Below are positions 24,901 through 37,872 of a DNA stretch of 64,000 bases, piece by piece (position 1 is the first letter of the stretch; the number at the start of each line of letters is the position of its first letter). This DNA is from Phoronis australis (taxonomy: Eukaryota > Animalia > Phoronida), in contig NMRA01000210.1 in the NCBI GenBank assembly GCA_002633005.1, positions 515,104-579,103 on the forward strand, written 5' to 3'. The translations under genes were made by a program, and so were the position numbers. A model generated the notes under the pieces. That model was given only the letters and a program-made list of their open reading frames with translations. It did not search any database and had not been told where the DNA came from.

Positions 24901-26477
24901 ATGAATTGTACTTCCGGGTTCGCGGCAAGTTCAAAATGGCGGTGTTTCTTCGGGTGCGAATCGTGAGTGGCGCGTTCATTTAAACTGTTTTCGAGTACGG
25001 ATCGTGTATTAGTTATGGGGTAGGTACTTCTTGGATCCTTATAACATCTTCTAACCATGTAATAAGGGTTAACAACGTGTGAGAGAAGGACTTTAAAGTA
25101 TGTAATAACAGGACTTAAGTATCTTCTTAAAGCAAAGTGTGAAGCATATGGTTTAGTTGACATCATTGACTTTTGGCATTCATATTTTGATTCAAATCGC
25201 CCCTCCTGTCGTCAAGTGTGAAAACAAGACATTTTAAATTAATTGCATTTAGGATTGTGATTTAGGAATATGTAGAGCTAACTTATGTTTCATCCAGCTC
25301 TTTAACTCATGCCTTTTCAAATTTAAAGAGAGGCTTTAAATAATGCCACATCGCAGTACGTGCAAGTACAATTATGAATTTCTTGATCTACGATGGCATT
25401 TTTTTTGCGATTCAGAAAATATTCCAGCAGATATTTGTTTTACCAGTTTCGTCTCTCCTTCCCGTGGTCTCCAACAATTTCCTCTATCCTTTCTAAATGC
25501 CTGATTAATTTTCTCGAAGATCAGCAGAAAAAATAGTCTAATTCTTAAAAAGATTGAAGGATCAAAGATATGTAAGATGAGACAATGTAATCATTTGCTG
25601 TGAAATAATTTCATGCAAGCTACCCAATGATCCAATACACTGAAAAACACAAAAAGAGTGCCTACAGCCAGTGAGGGTGTGACAAAAATGCTCAATAAAG
25701 TAGTTGACAGATTCCTCCTGGTATCTGCTTTTTCAACACAAAACACAGCATAGCATGTCAGAACAGAAATAACATGTTGACTTCAGTGCAGTAGTATTCT
25801 TTTAGGTTTATTGTTATTTGCGTATACTCTAGAGCACCTTAGGATTTCTTTTGTATGAATATTTTTACATCTCGAATTTCCTAAAGGTAAGCATTTCTTT
25901 ACTAACACGGGGTACCAACAGAAAAACAGTAAGTTAATTAAATTAACATTTTGTTTTATTTACATTTTATAATGTGGTCCAACTGTTTGATTTTAATAAG
26001 TTGAATTCTACTAAGAATAACTAGATGATATTGTAAACTATAACTTTTCTGCAAATACTTTTGAAATTGAAATAATTCAATACATTTAGTTAAAATCTGC
26101 AACAACTTCTCCACTTACTTTTGAAGCTGCCTTTGTAATATTTTATTATTTTGAGGTTCTTATGTGTTAAATACATTTTATCTTATGCAAGTTTAGAAAT
26201 TAAAAATATGTCCTAAGGTTGTTTTTATTGGCTGAAAATTGCAATTTCATGGGTGTAATGGACGTATGTGAAGGACGTATGAATTTGCCTTACGTCTGTC
26301 ACACAATTTCTGACTAAACGAATAATCCGTGGGATCCAAAATTTTGGTCAGCATATGAGTAACAAGTTAAAAGAGAATCTGAAATTATTTTAATTTTGAT
26401 TTTAAACCTTTAAAGTAACTAAACTTTTTAACACTTTTGTGATGGACGTAAGGCACCATGATATCCAGGAGTTGACC
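21944..26477. mobile_element. Possible large decayed TIR DNA transposon (Sola-like termini) with nested insertions
   Basis: Imperfect ends GGGCAATTCC / GGAGTTGACC; subterminal motif TGTGAYGGACGTA repeated near both ends (21957, 22123, 22307, 22320, 26254, 26290 reverse, 26438); no intact ORF. Confidence 0.4.
22337..22857. mobile_element. hAT-like non-autonomous element with 8-bp TSD
   Basis: TIRs CAGGCCTTTATGCAG / CTGGATGAAAGCCTG; CGTACACT duplicated at 22329-22336 and 22858-22865; internal GGACGCCCA repeats; related end at 41646-41900. Confidence 0.8.
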
Positions 26478-26619
26478 TTTGACCCTAAGAGGTCAGGGAT
26501 GTTCCAAAGTTGAAATGTTATTTTTTATAAAGTTTGGGCTTTCAGATCAGACCAGAAATGTTAGTGTAGCCACAATTTTAAATTTTTTGTCTCGAGGTTG
26601 ACCTTTTCACGGAACGATG

Positions 26620-26835
26620 ACATGCTCCCGTTATTGGGTGGATGCAGCGCATTTCGTGCCATCTAGTGGCCATTTTTACTGTTTTCCAGTCTGTTTTTGG
26701 TGTCACCCCTCTGTCGACCACACCACTATAAGGATGATTTTGAGAGAGGAAGGTTGGTAGTGATATTTGAATGACTCCAACTACTGTGGCGCCCCATAGT
26801 GACGGTTCTTTTGCATTGATGGCTATATCTCTTAA
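26620..26835 (+). repeat. Fragment (about 1.5 monomers) of the HINE internal ~150-bp repeat
   Basis: GTGCCATCTAGTGGCCATTTTTACTGTTTT..ACCACTATAAGGATGATT..AACTACTGTGGCGCC aligns with 46710-46880. Confidence 0.75.
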
Positions 26836-27984
26836 AGGCGAAGGCAACCTTTTCTCATGTCACTTTTAGCAAAAATAAGGTTCGTTGATTATCCCAGACA
26901 CAAAGTGATCATTATTAAAATGTGGAGATGTGTTCCTGACCAAGGCTGTTGCTGATTTTCGAACGTGTCCGACTATGCTGTCACCCTCTAATGGCATTTT
27001 TTTGCGTCCGTCTGTATCTCATTTACCCTTTGTCCTATGGAGATGGCAACAGGTGATGACAAATTTCAGACCAGTCCAACTACAGCTGTGCTCCGTATTG
27101 GAAGTTTTATTTTTCACGTTTGCCTCTGTAACTTCATAGTTCCTTGATGCTTTTTCATGTCATGAAATTTGGCAAACAAATTTTTGTTTTGAGGACGATA
27201 GCATCTTTTCATTTTGTGATGGATTGGACGTATTCTGCAACAAGTGGTCGTGGAGCAAACTAGTGGAGCTATGCCCAAGTGTTGTAAAATCAGATGCTGA
27301 CGGGCAATGTCAGCCCTGGAGTTCCACACCTTCTGCTGTAACGGGTATGGTCTGGGGAGGGGATTAATTCACCAGCATATCCCCGATGATCCTGTCCGTG
27401 ACAGGTATTACATGTATTACAGGTAAATGTTCCCAAATTGTCACATTTAAAAAAATCTTAGCGTGCAGCGCTAGCTTGCGATAACTTCGATGATGACAGC
27501 GTCACCTACTGTTAAATTCGCTTTTCATTCACAACCGAAGCCAGTATGAACAGTCCAGTTAATTGTGCTGTTTACGTTGACGCTCCGCTCAGACCGGAGT
27601 TAGTCAATATGAAAGGGCCTTAAGGCTCTTGAGGATTTCGTGAAAATCTTATAGATTTAATGTAGGACGTACACAAACACAAAACGGATCTTTAGGCTTT
27701 AAGCTTGTGACATGTGATTAGCACATTATGCAATTTGCAATCCAAAACTTTGTCATTTGGTGCACATGTGGGGTCATTTTTCGCATTTTTCATGCAACGC
27801 ATATTCCTCTATGTAGACTATTGGACATTCATGATTCTCAGGTCATTCATTATTTTTATGTAATTCACTTTTGTTGCACTGTCATGACTTCTAAGGGTCA
27901 GTTGGTACAAAAAGTTATTTTTTGTTGAAATTTGAAGATGTATTTTTTTACTTCAATACAGTTGTAAGGTTAAGTGTGTTAAAG

Positions 27985-28229
27985 CAGGGCCCTCTGCCCT
28001 GACGGGACAGGTGCCTGTACCTTCTTAGAGGAGAATTTTTGAGGGGAAAACCGTGTTCGGAACAAATTTGAGGAATTGTGATTTGAAAGTGATTCTAAAC
28101 AAGAGGGGACTTTTTAATGATTGGAAGGGAATTTTTGGGCCTGATGAGAGGGATTTCGCATGAATTTAAAGTATTTTCAGAGGGAATGTAGCCAAATTCG
28201 GTCCCAAAATTGCGGCATCAGGGGCCCTG
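27985..28229. mobile_element. Small CAGGGC-terminated MITE (hAT-like)
   Basis: CAGGGCCCTCTGCC / GGCATCAGGGGCCCTG inverted ends; no clear TSD. Confidence 0.5.
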
Positions 28230-30958
28230 TATTTTACTTGCGGTCACTCCTAGTGTGATGTCTATTGTTGTCATGGTGATGACCTTCTAGTTTCTTCTCT
28301 ATGATTGTTCTGTGGTTTGTCACTGAACTGAAATCTTTCATTTCACTTATTCATGTTTGTGCGTATTATCTTCACACAACTGCCATCATTTTTACCTAAA
28401 TGAAACATTCAGGATTGGGGTGCAACATTTATTTCAATTAGGCAAAAAGGCTGCCAGAGTGTGAGAAAACCCGCCAAATTGTAAAATGCACGAGCTACTT
28501 ATTGCGTGCATCGCGTTTCATTTAAGGAAACGGAGCATTTTATAGTTCAAGTGCTTTTTTGAACTTTCATGCAAATGTGCTTTGAGATTTTTTCAAGCCA
28601 GGTGCTATTCAATTAAGTTCAGACTGCATTGAAGGCTTGGATAGTCTCAATCCCACATGCAGCCTGTGTTGTCTCATGTAGTCTCTCCTCATCAAGGGCA
28701 TTGAGAAATACTTGAAAAGGTATTGATCGTTGCGCCAGCTGAAAATGACTTACTAATGAGCCGGTGCTCATGTGCTGAAATCAAGGGCAATTTAAAAACT
28801 GACTGTAACTAGTCAGGCAGTGAACTGGAAACATTGGTGTTGTTTGACATCATTAAGTTTTTCGCTGATGTCTGCAAGGTTACCCGGAACCGTTTCAGTT
28901 TTCTGGCCAGGTTGTGAATGTTGCAACAGTGCATTTGTTTGTTCGATTTCATACGCAAGTGTCATTTCTCCTGGGGAAGGAAAGAAACTTGTTTAGTTCC
29001 TTTAAGGATTTCAAATGAGGCTTCCTAGAGGATATAGAAAGCTGAATTTCAGTTTGTCATATTTCTCATCAAAAATAAATACCAGTAAATAAGTTTTATT
29101 CCATTGTTACCATTGTTTGTACAGCTGTGTGTGATTAACATAAAGACTTCTGGGTAGATAATTTTGACTTGGATTTTGTAAATTTGACCTGGAAAATCAT
29201 GCTAGTCAACGTAATTTGTGCTTTGAGAAATTTTCAACTTGCGTAAAGCGAATGCCTGAATTGGCGCCAACCTTAACTATTTTAGATTGAGTGATATATT
29301 TTGCATATAGTACAATTTAAGTAATGTTTCCGATAGTGTCGTATTAAATGTTTCTAAGAAACGATGCCTGGACAATAGGCAGCAGAACGTCACTGTTCTA
29401 TCGAGTGTCCATTTATCATTATGGACGGACTTTATTTTTGTGAATTATACCAAACTTCTAATGGATCATTATTCAGTCATTTAAAGCAAAGTATTAAGAG
29501 TGATCTTTCTGTGTTGTATGCTGTTCATGTAAAAAACGCGAAGAAAACACCGTGAATAATTTCTGTGGCCAGAGCAGCAATTATCAATTATGTCAATCGA
29601 CTGGGAAGGAACATGAGGTTGACTTTGAGTAGAAATTTGCGAGCAAGCAAAAAGTTGCTCTTAAAAAGTGATTGTTGAGTGCAATTGTATCCTGGTCAGG
29701 TGTTCTGTAGAAGGTTTGCGGTTGATACTTTTTCTGTTGACGCAGGTGACTTATTATTCATTTTTAAAAAATACTTAGTCATGTGAGTTGCCATGCTGTC
29801 AATCAAACCCACATCTGCATAGTAAACAAGGATTGGTACTACATTCTTTCTAGCGAAAAATCTCATCTTTTGTTGCGAAAATCATAAAATAGAAAATATT
29901 TCTAAACAAGGTTGTTGTAATTGTGGGCACCAACTTTTTCAATAACATTAAAAGTCAAGTTAATAGCGACAGGGTCGAGATCCCTGCATGGGTAGGAATT
30001 GGATTCCCTCTATTGACTTAAAAATTGAATAGTGAAAATAAAATTCAATTTATGTGGATTAAAACATTGGCAATTATAGCAAATATTTGTATCTTCATTG
30101 CTTGATTTAAAAACAAGCAAATGAAAGTTTAATTTGAAAACAGTTCCTCTGGTAGGAGGGACATCCTGTATTTCCTGTTTTCGATATGGATTTCTTAGTT
30201 TCAACCTGAAATTTAAAATTGTGACCTAGAATTGATTGTATGTCAAAATGTCAGGTGTGTTTTGAAGTCTGATCAAGCATTAACAGCAACTGTCATCTTG
30301 GTTGCTATAGTTTCCAGTCAAATGGTGATCTCCATCCCTGGACTGAGACTTACTAAGTATTTTGGTAAACTTTTTGACCCAATTGCCAATGACCTGCTAT
30401 GGTAATCTCCTCAATTTTGCACAACAAATTACCAAATTAGCAGTTTCTCTATTTCTCAAATTCTGATTACGGTACTTGTTAAAAATGTTCAACATTTTGT
30501 TTAAATTGTATTTTATACTCTGATTCAAAATTTAAACCCAAAAGAACTCATTGTAAAAAGTTGTTTAAATTAACAACCACGTAACGGGTTAGCTAATCAT
30601 ACAAATCCACATGGGCATATCGTGAATACACGTGGAAAGCTTTCATTGGTGAATTTTTTTTCTACTTTCAAAGTGCTCGCTGCTCATCGTTGCAAGCCAG
30701 TATTTACTCAACAGTGGCTGGCGATGTTATTTGAAAAAGTCAAACCCAGCTGAGTATTGTTGATAGCACCCGTCCAGTGATATTTATGACTGGTGACCAC
30801 AAAATTACTTTGAATAAGAATTTTGTTTTACAGTTTCCTGTAGCCTGATATCATCCAGTCACGCTTTATGTGACCTTGCTGAGTTTGCCTGTTACCTTTG
30901 ACCCTTTTTCTTCAAACCATATGGCAGTCTTGCTGGAAGTTTTGCTTGTCAATTTCAG

Positions 30959-31085
30959 GTCTGCTCAAGACAACACGAAAGGAATCAAAGTTGCCATAAA
31001 AAAGATCTCTCCATTTGAACATCAGACGTACTGCCAGAGGACTTTACGAGAAATAAAGATCTTAAACAGATTCAAGCATGAAAAT
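30959..31085 (+). CDS. MAPK1: ERK exon 2
   Basis: ttcag|...|gtaagt; [42 protein letters not shown]. Confidence 0.97.
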
Positions 31086-31713
31086 GTAAGTACTGTTAAT
31101 TGCTTTACTGGACTCTGGTCATATTGCCTAATGTGCACTAAAATCAACTACTGTATAATTATGCAGTTAAATATGAGCTTGAATTGTACTTTTACTTAGA
31201 AAAGGGATATGAGCTCAATAGAACTACCTCCATAAATTACGCAATATATAGGATGAAAGGCCCAAGACCAGGGTTCTGTTTCAACATTTTGTCTATCATG
31301 TTTTGGTCTCTGTTTTGCCCACATTCTGATCAATTTTCATTTGTTCAAACTGTGTATGGAATTACGTATCCGTGTGTGTTGTCATTTGGTGCGTACAATT
31401 CAATCCAATTCAATCGTTAGTTACTGTATTATGCATAACAACCTACATTTTCAACTAGTAAAAGCAATATCCACTCAAAGCAGTAACCTGAGTTTCTCAT
31501 AAGTATTAATATTGAGGTTATGACAGATGATAGAAGTTAACTGAATCATTGGCAATACCCTCTAGAATTATATCTCATGAAAGACGTGGTCACTTAAGTT
31601 ACTGTGATGGAGTACAGAAATGTTGTTTACTTAGTTGTACATTTTACCGGGTCAAGGGGCAACTTGATGCTTTGTGTTACAGGTGCATAACCTTAAATGT
31701 TCAATTGTTGCAG

Positions 31714-31769
31714 ATCATTGATATAATGGACATCCTGAGAGCAGACACTATTGAAACTATGAAAGATGT
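31714..31769 (+). CDS. MAPK1: ERK exon 3 (followed by a U12-type donor)
   Basis: ttgcag|IIDIMDILRADTIETMKDV|GTATCCTTG. Confidence 0.93.
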
Positions 31770-32913
31770 GTATCCTTGCACTGATTGGTCACTATTTTTA
31801 TATGTTCACATGGCAATGTTGATTTGGGACTTCTTGACCTGTATTAACTGGGAATGAGTTATCCATTATCTGTATCACCATTGTCCAGTAATGCTTCCAA
31901 ATATAGAGAATTTCTAAATTTCGAACTCTGAAACATTGTTTTATGCTAAAACTTGAAGGCATTTAAGTATGAGGGTATTTGATCTGTTGGATATAGGCGG
32001 AGAAATGCTTTCGGAAAGAAAAATGCCCTTCACTCCAGTTCATATTTTAGTAACTATTTCACCTTTTTGATTTTTTTTCCCCAATTGAAAGTCCCCAGCC
32101 TAAGTTCGATACATTTTACTTCAATATAGAAGGTACGTTGAACTGAGGTACAGTAGACATTTTTGACACTCTTAGTTTGTTTCGTGTCATTTTTGTTGAG
32201 TTTCATATTTGTGATATACCTCACGTGTACACAGCAGTGAATAAGTGTCTAGTACGGTCGTTCATCCTTGGTGCTGTAGACACTGTCTAGACAAAATCGT
32301 GTCAGAAATTTTCTCTTCGCTGTAAAGTTCTACTGCCCTCCCATCTGTGCATGGCTGTAACTGCTCAGCGTAGCAATGCTCTGACCAGGTTGAGTTTCGT
32401 AGACACAAAAATCTTGCGAATGAAGCTGTTTTGAATTCGTGCTTCATGGTGTTTTGTGAAGTCGTGCTTGGACTTGCATTGTGTGGCACCTTGGCATGGC
32501 AAAAATAATTTTGATTAATACAAATTGGCAGTAGCAGAAGACGCGACTAATACTGTGTTGATTTAGGCGATGAATACAATACAATCAGCATTTTGTATGG
32601 TGCAGTTAATTATATGCTTAATACAAGATTCCTAAATGGCTATAGAAGTTCACGCTGACAGGTACTCCAACATTCGCATCCTGAATGCTGTATGTTTAAT
32701 AGAGTGCAGCATTCTCCACGGCCTGTTTTGACTCGAAGCGGTAACGAGTTTGGATTTTGCCGTGTCGAGTTAGGGGAAAGCGCGTCAAGTTTAAAAATTG
32801 CCACACCAGGTTTAAAATTTTGTCTGGTTTGGTACTTCAGCCTTCAGCTTCTAATCAGAGCCTGATCTTTCGAACAGTAAACTTAGTTCACTTTACTAAG
32901 ACGCAGTTAGCAG

Positions 32914-32980
32914 TATCGTATTCGCCATAAGGTGCCCGGGGCGCATAGTAAAATTGGTTAAGGGAGGCGCTTATTGAATA
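32914..32980 (+). mobile_element. Left end of a pogo/Tigger-like DNA element; matching family end at 60900-60966
   Basis: TATCGTATTCGCCATAAGGTGCCCGGGGCGC..AGGGAGGCGCTTATT resembles the reverse complement of AATAAGCGCCTCCCT..GCGCCCTGGCCGCTTATTATGATGAATACGGTA. Confidence 0.5.
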
Positions 32981-34417
32981 TTGTAACCCAAGGCGGTTGA
33001 AACCCTGTCTCCAAAACGGGTGAAATCGGAAGTTAGGATTCATCAAATTTACGCTACGTGATGTATCTGTAGCCTATGACAGACTTTCTACAAAACAACG
33101 GCGCATTGCTATCAAATTTCTTTGTTAAATTACGATCATTTTACAGAAAATTGTACTGAAATCCCAGGGCGAAAATTCGCCGATGCACTACTGCCTCGCG
33201 TTCGTGGACGGGGCAGCTTGAATAAAAATATAGTTTCGGCTCAACAAGTTAGCTGATATCGTCACTTAAGTTTTCCGAATAGCGTCCATAAGATTTTAAG
33301 TTCCTGTGGTGTTGGTATTAAGAACAATATAGGTTCAGATGTGTGCAAAATTGTACCCAGCAACATGAGAAAAATCACGTGACTTTTGTTGTGAAGATCG
33401 TCTGTGTGTGTGAGTGAGCGAGCGCGTGCGTGTCATCAGCGTTCATTTGCCGGAGTAAACGCAATGTAGGCCTAACGATTTAGGTGTGCATTGTAACTAA
33501 AGAAATAACACGTCAAGCAGTATCACGAGAATGCATTTTATTTAGCACTTGCTGATCACATCAACTATTAAAACATGCGAGAATTGTCTCGGTAGGGTCT
33601 AAGGCCAAATGACATTGAGTCGCCAGGTGACTGGATGTGTGACAGTCCGAGTTATTTTCCGGGAGATTCTGGGGCGTAGGTGTCCACTATCAGTGGGTCA
33701 TTTTATCAGGTATGTTACTTTAAAAACAACAATTATGAACACATTAAACAAGGGATTAATAAAGCAATCCCTCTTAACAATATTGCACAGTTTTTATGGC
33801 ATTAGAAACTTTCTGAAATTAGTGCCAATGTTTATTTCTTGCCGGTATGCTACCAGTATAGTTTTATTGATAGTTCCCGAAGAGCTGCGATGACAAGTGA
33901 CAGGTATGTAGCGCGCGCTTCCTGGCCACATGCTTTTAACAACAAGTTTTTTTTATTTGTGAGACAGTTGTCACCTGAATGGGCGCTTTGAGTATGATTC
34001 ACGGTTTTCACGTGTAGACCCTACAAAGTGACAAAAAGTAGGTCAGACCTGACCAGTTCAGTGTACATTTTTGAAACATATATAAATACCTCCAGTGGAG
34101 ATGTAAAGGCTATAGACTATGGAAAAGACAGTGTTGGCTACTGATATTGAACTCTAGAAATTTGCGTCGAGTTTGGAATTGGTATTGTGGAGAACATTGG
34201 AGTGTTGGGCACTTTAGAAGCACCACCCTAATCATTTGCATACAGAGATAATTGTTCACCTCGGTAGTGTCTTTTGGAGTATCAGCTTTGCAACCTAACG
34301 TAGCAATAGTAAAAATAATTGGCTCTAGAATGGCAGTGAATTTGAAATGGGGTCTTGCTGGGTACAGCAGTAGTGAACAACATTAGAAATAACAGGAAAA
34401 TATCTTGTGAACACACA

Positions 34418-34420
<3 letters not shown>

Positions 34421-34453
<33 letters not shown>
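34421..34453. repeat. (GT)n microsatellite
   Basis: Direct reading. Confidence 0.95.
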
Positions 34454-34681
34454 CAAATATTGCATGCTAATTCCTGCCCTGCCAGGGTTCCAATTATAGA
34501 GCATTTCAAAACATGCTAGTTGTGGAAGAAAACTGTGAAGAGCTTAGTTGCTGTTATAGTACAGTTGACCTGAGGATTGTGGAATTGAGCTGCATATCCT
34601 TTAAGCTAGTAAATTTAGTAAATCGTACATCTTGCAACACATTTTGTCAGCTGTTGCCATTCGTCTGCATGTTACAAGTGA

Positions 34682-34915
<234 letters not shown>

Positions 34916-35770
34916 TGAGCTGTGGTAGTTCTGTTAATTCGTACTCCCTAGCGCAGCTTTGCATTTCTTAACATTTTGAGCGTGTAACAATCGGTACACC
35001 TGAAAATGCCGACTCTTTGTGTAACTACGAAAAACTTCAGTCACTTAGCGCAGTGCATTTGTACGGCAATGTATAAATTTTTGTACAAATAATTAATTGA
35101 AGAATTATTTAACCCTTAAGAGTTAATGCATGAAATACAAAATCGATTTCTGGATGTAATTTAATAGAGTAGATACGTAAGAAATTGATCTAATTTTTCA
35201 TCTTATTTGACAAACTGGATGTCTGAGAACATTCATCATTTAATGTAGTTAGCGTTAATGACGTGTAACTCTAATGCCAGTGGCATGAATTGTGGTGGCA
35301 ATAATAATTGAGTTATTAATGGCCATGTTGATAATTATCATATAGTGGAGCATGAGTCTAGATATGACGGGGCTCGTATTGGCGACCAGGACGTTGCCAA
35401 TGCAACCTCAGAGTTGTTAGGTGACCTGGTAAAAATCTCAAGTCGCCACGCATGCATTCGAGCACGTGATCAAAATACAACCGTAAGTAAATGGACTGTT
35501 GTCAGAATCATGCGACGTAAGTTGCAAGGGCCCATTCACGAGTTTTACACATGCACAGGTAACACGTCTCGATTAGCTGCTCCTGCCGTTGGAGGTGAGC
35601 TTGAGCAGGATGTTAGAACCGAGGGGAAAATTTGACGTTATCGAGCACACCGAACTTTCTTAGTTTTCCCTTCGACTGTCTGCCCAATCTCGAGTGCTTG
35701 GCAGACATTTTCTCAGTTCGTCAATTCGATTCCTCAATTCAGGTATCCCGCATTTGGCGCTTCCTTGTTT

Positions 35771-36053
35771 TGACGACCATAGTGTCCATTTGATGACCAT
35801 AGCGTCTATTTGACGACCGTATTGTCCATTTGGCGACCATAGTGTCCATGTGATGACCATAGTGTCCATTTGGCGACCGTAGTGTCCATTTTTTCGACCA
35901 TAGTGTCCATTTGACGACCATAGTGTCCATTTGACGACCATAGTGTCCATTTGGCGACCATAGTGTCCATTTGGTGACCATAGTGTCCATTTGACAACCA
36001 TAGTGTCCATTTGACAACCATAGTGTCTATTTGATGACCATAGAGTCCATTTG
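35771..36053. repeat. Minisatellite, 20-bp unit TGACGACCATAGTGTCCATT, about 14 copies
   Basis: Direct reading; explains the three repetitive minus-strand ORFs in the track. Confidence 0.95.
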
Positions 36054-36319
36054 ATTCACACGCTTGTGTTAACTTAATGACATGGCTTGGTGTTGGTTCG
36101 TGTGCTAATTTCATTTATTGTTTCACAAATGCTACCACTGTATGCACCCAAGGGCTAAGGTGTTAAGGCACACTACACACTGTCTGCTGCAGGCAAATGG
36201 CTTACCTTTTGCCTGTTTTTGAGACGGGTATACATTTTGTGCAAATTGCTGATGGCAAACACCATCAATCATACTGTGTAGTTCGTTGTTAGCCGCCTTA
36301 GACTCTGTTCCATTTTCAG

Positions 36320-36524
36320 ATATGCGATTTTGGCCTGGCCCGTGTTGCAGACCCTGTTCAAGATCACACGGGCATCTTGACTGAATACGTGGCCACCAGG
36401 TGGTACCGTGCTCCAGAGATTATGTTGAACTCCAAGGGTTACACAAAAGCGATCGATGTCTGGTCTGTTGGCTGTATACTGGCCGAGATGTTGGGCAACA
36501 AGCCACTGTTTCCTGGCAAACATT
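36320..36524 (+). CDS. MAPK1: ERK exon 5 (DFG, TEY activation loop; followed by a U12-type donor)
   Basis: ttcag|[68 protein letters not shown]|GTATCCTAC. Confidence 0.97.
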
Positions 36525-37457
36525 GTATCCTACAAAATTTTCATTGCAAATAAGTTCAGTGCAGTTACTTTGCTAAAGGTCTGTCCGTACTTCCCGTAAT
36601 GCTCGTCTTCAACTGTTGTTCTGTGTGTTGTGCTAAGCGAACACAGGACTGAGGTTGTGCATGGCTCAGAATGAAATGATTCTATACTGTTTAATACCTC
36701 ACGAAATGATGTGATATTCAGACAATTTCTTTTAACAATATGTCAGTGTGTTTTGATATTTAAAGGACAACGTTTAACTTTATTTTTATTTCTCCTTCAG
36801 AGGCTCAAACTAAGCACCACTCTTAATTCCTATTTTGTTCATTTTGAGTCGTGTAGTGTTTACATTGTGTGATTGTTGCCATGTTCCTTTGTGAAAACTA
36901 ACAAGATACACAGTGTGAAAAAAGGCACATTTCTCCAACTGAAAATTTCCCTTGTTGATACGATTGTTATCTGTGTTAGTAGGTGGTACCTTTTATGGAT
37001 TAGAGAATTGTGGGATATACATTTTCCTTGCCATCTGTTGGCTGCAAATATAGTTGTATGTTGTCTGATTTCATCGGCTGATTACATTCTGCTTGCCCAG
37101 CCAGTGTCTAACAATCCAGTGCAGATATTCCTCAAATCTCTTACAGTAACATCAGTCCAGAAAGCTCAGGTTCACACAGGGACAATGTTATGCAAAGTCT
37201 AGGAATTCTACATCGAGCTGGTGTCAAAAGTCAATAAATGTCCCCAGCTTGTACTGAGCGCAAACCCCATCACCCATTAGTTCAAAGTGGTGGAACCTAT
37301 TTGTCAAGTTTGTCACAGGGAGCCATAGTGTTTACTGTGACTTGTCAAAAATCTATTAGTCTATGCTGTGTCTTAAATCAGAACTAACAAGTGTGTGTCA
37401 GAGGACTGTACGAGGTATTCTTGAAGAGCAGAAAACTTTCCTTGACAGAGACGTAAG
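36525..37457 (+). other. Second U12-type GT-AG intron of ERK
   Basis: Donor GTATCCTAC; branch TTCCTTGAC 37438-37446; purine-rich acceptor ACGTAAG. Confidence 0.88.
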
Positions 37458-37537
37458 ATTTGGACCAATTAAATCTTATACTAAACATGCTGGGGTCTCC
37501 CACTGGTGATGACATGGAATGTATCGTCAACGAAAAG
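37458..37537 (+). CDS. MAPK1: ERK exon 6 (80 nt)
   Basis: TTCCTTGAC branch site, then aag|YLDQLNLILNMLGSPTGDDMECIVNEK|gtaggc. Confidence 0.93.
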
Positions 37538-37872
37538 GTAGGCTCCTTCACCATCTTGACACCTGTTTCACTGTTTGCAGCTTTCGGCAAGCTTTACTTT
37601 ATCTTGGTTGTCCTTTGAAGTTCAACCTGCTCGTTTGTTTTTATGCACCCACATATTCCTATGATGTGGTCATCTCCTTCCTGTCTTCCTGTGTCCTTCC
37701 TGTCTCGTATGTCCATCCAATGTTTGCTGCTGGATATTTTTGATATTTGACGTTTGCATTCATATCAACACGATGATGGATGACGTCAACTTTAGGACTA
37801 AGTCCACTTGTGCATGTGCCACCTTGTAGCAATTATATATATATTACTTGCGATTGTTTTGATATCCTTTAA

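Noticed and set aside
34594-34602. Extra ATATCCTTT U12 donor consensus inside ERK intron 3 (another at 37862-37870)
   Set aside because: No associated exon or AC acceptor found; a 9-mer of this composition is expected roughly once per window by chance
35660-36114. Three overlapping repetitive ORFs (MDTMVVKWTLWS...)
   Set aside because: Translations of a 20-bp minisatellite inside an ERK intron
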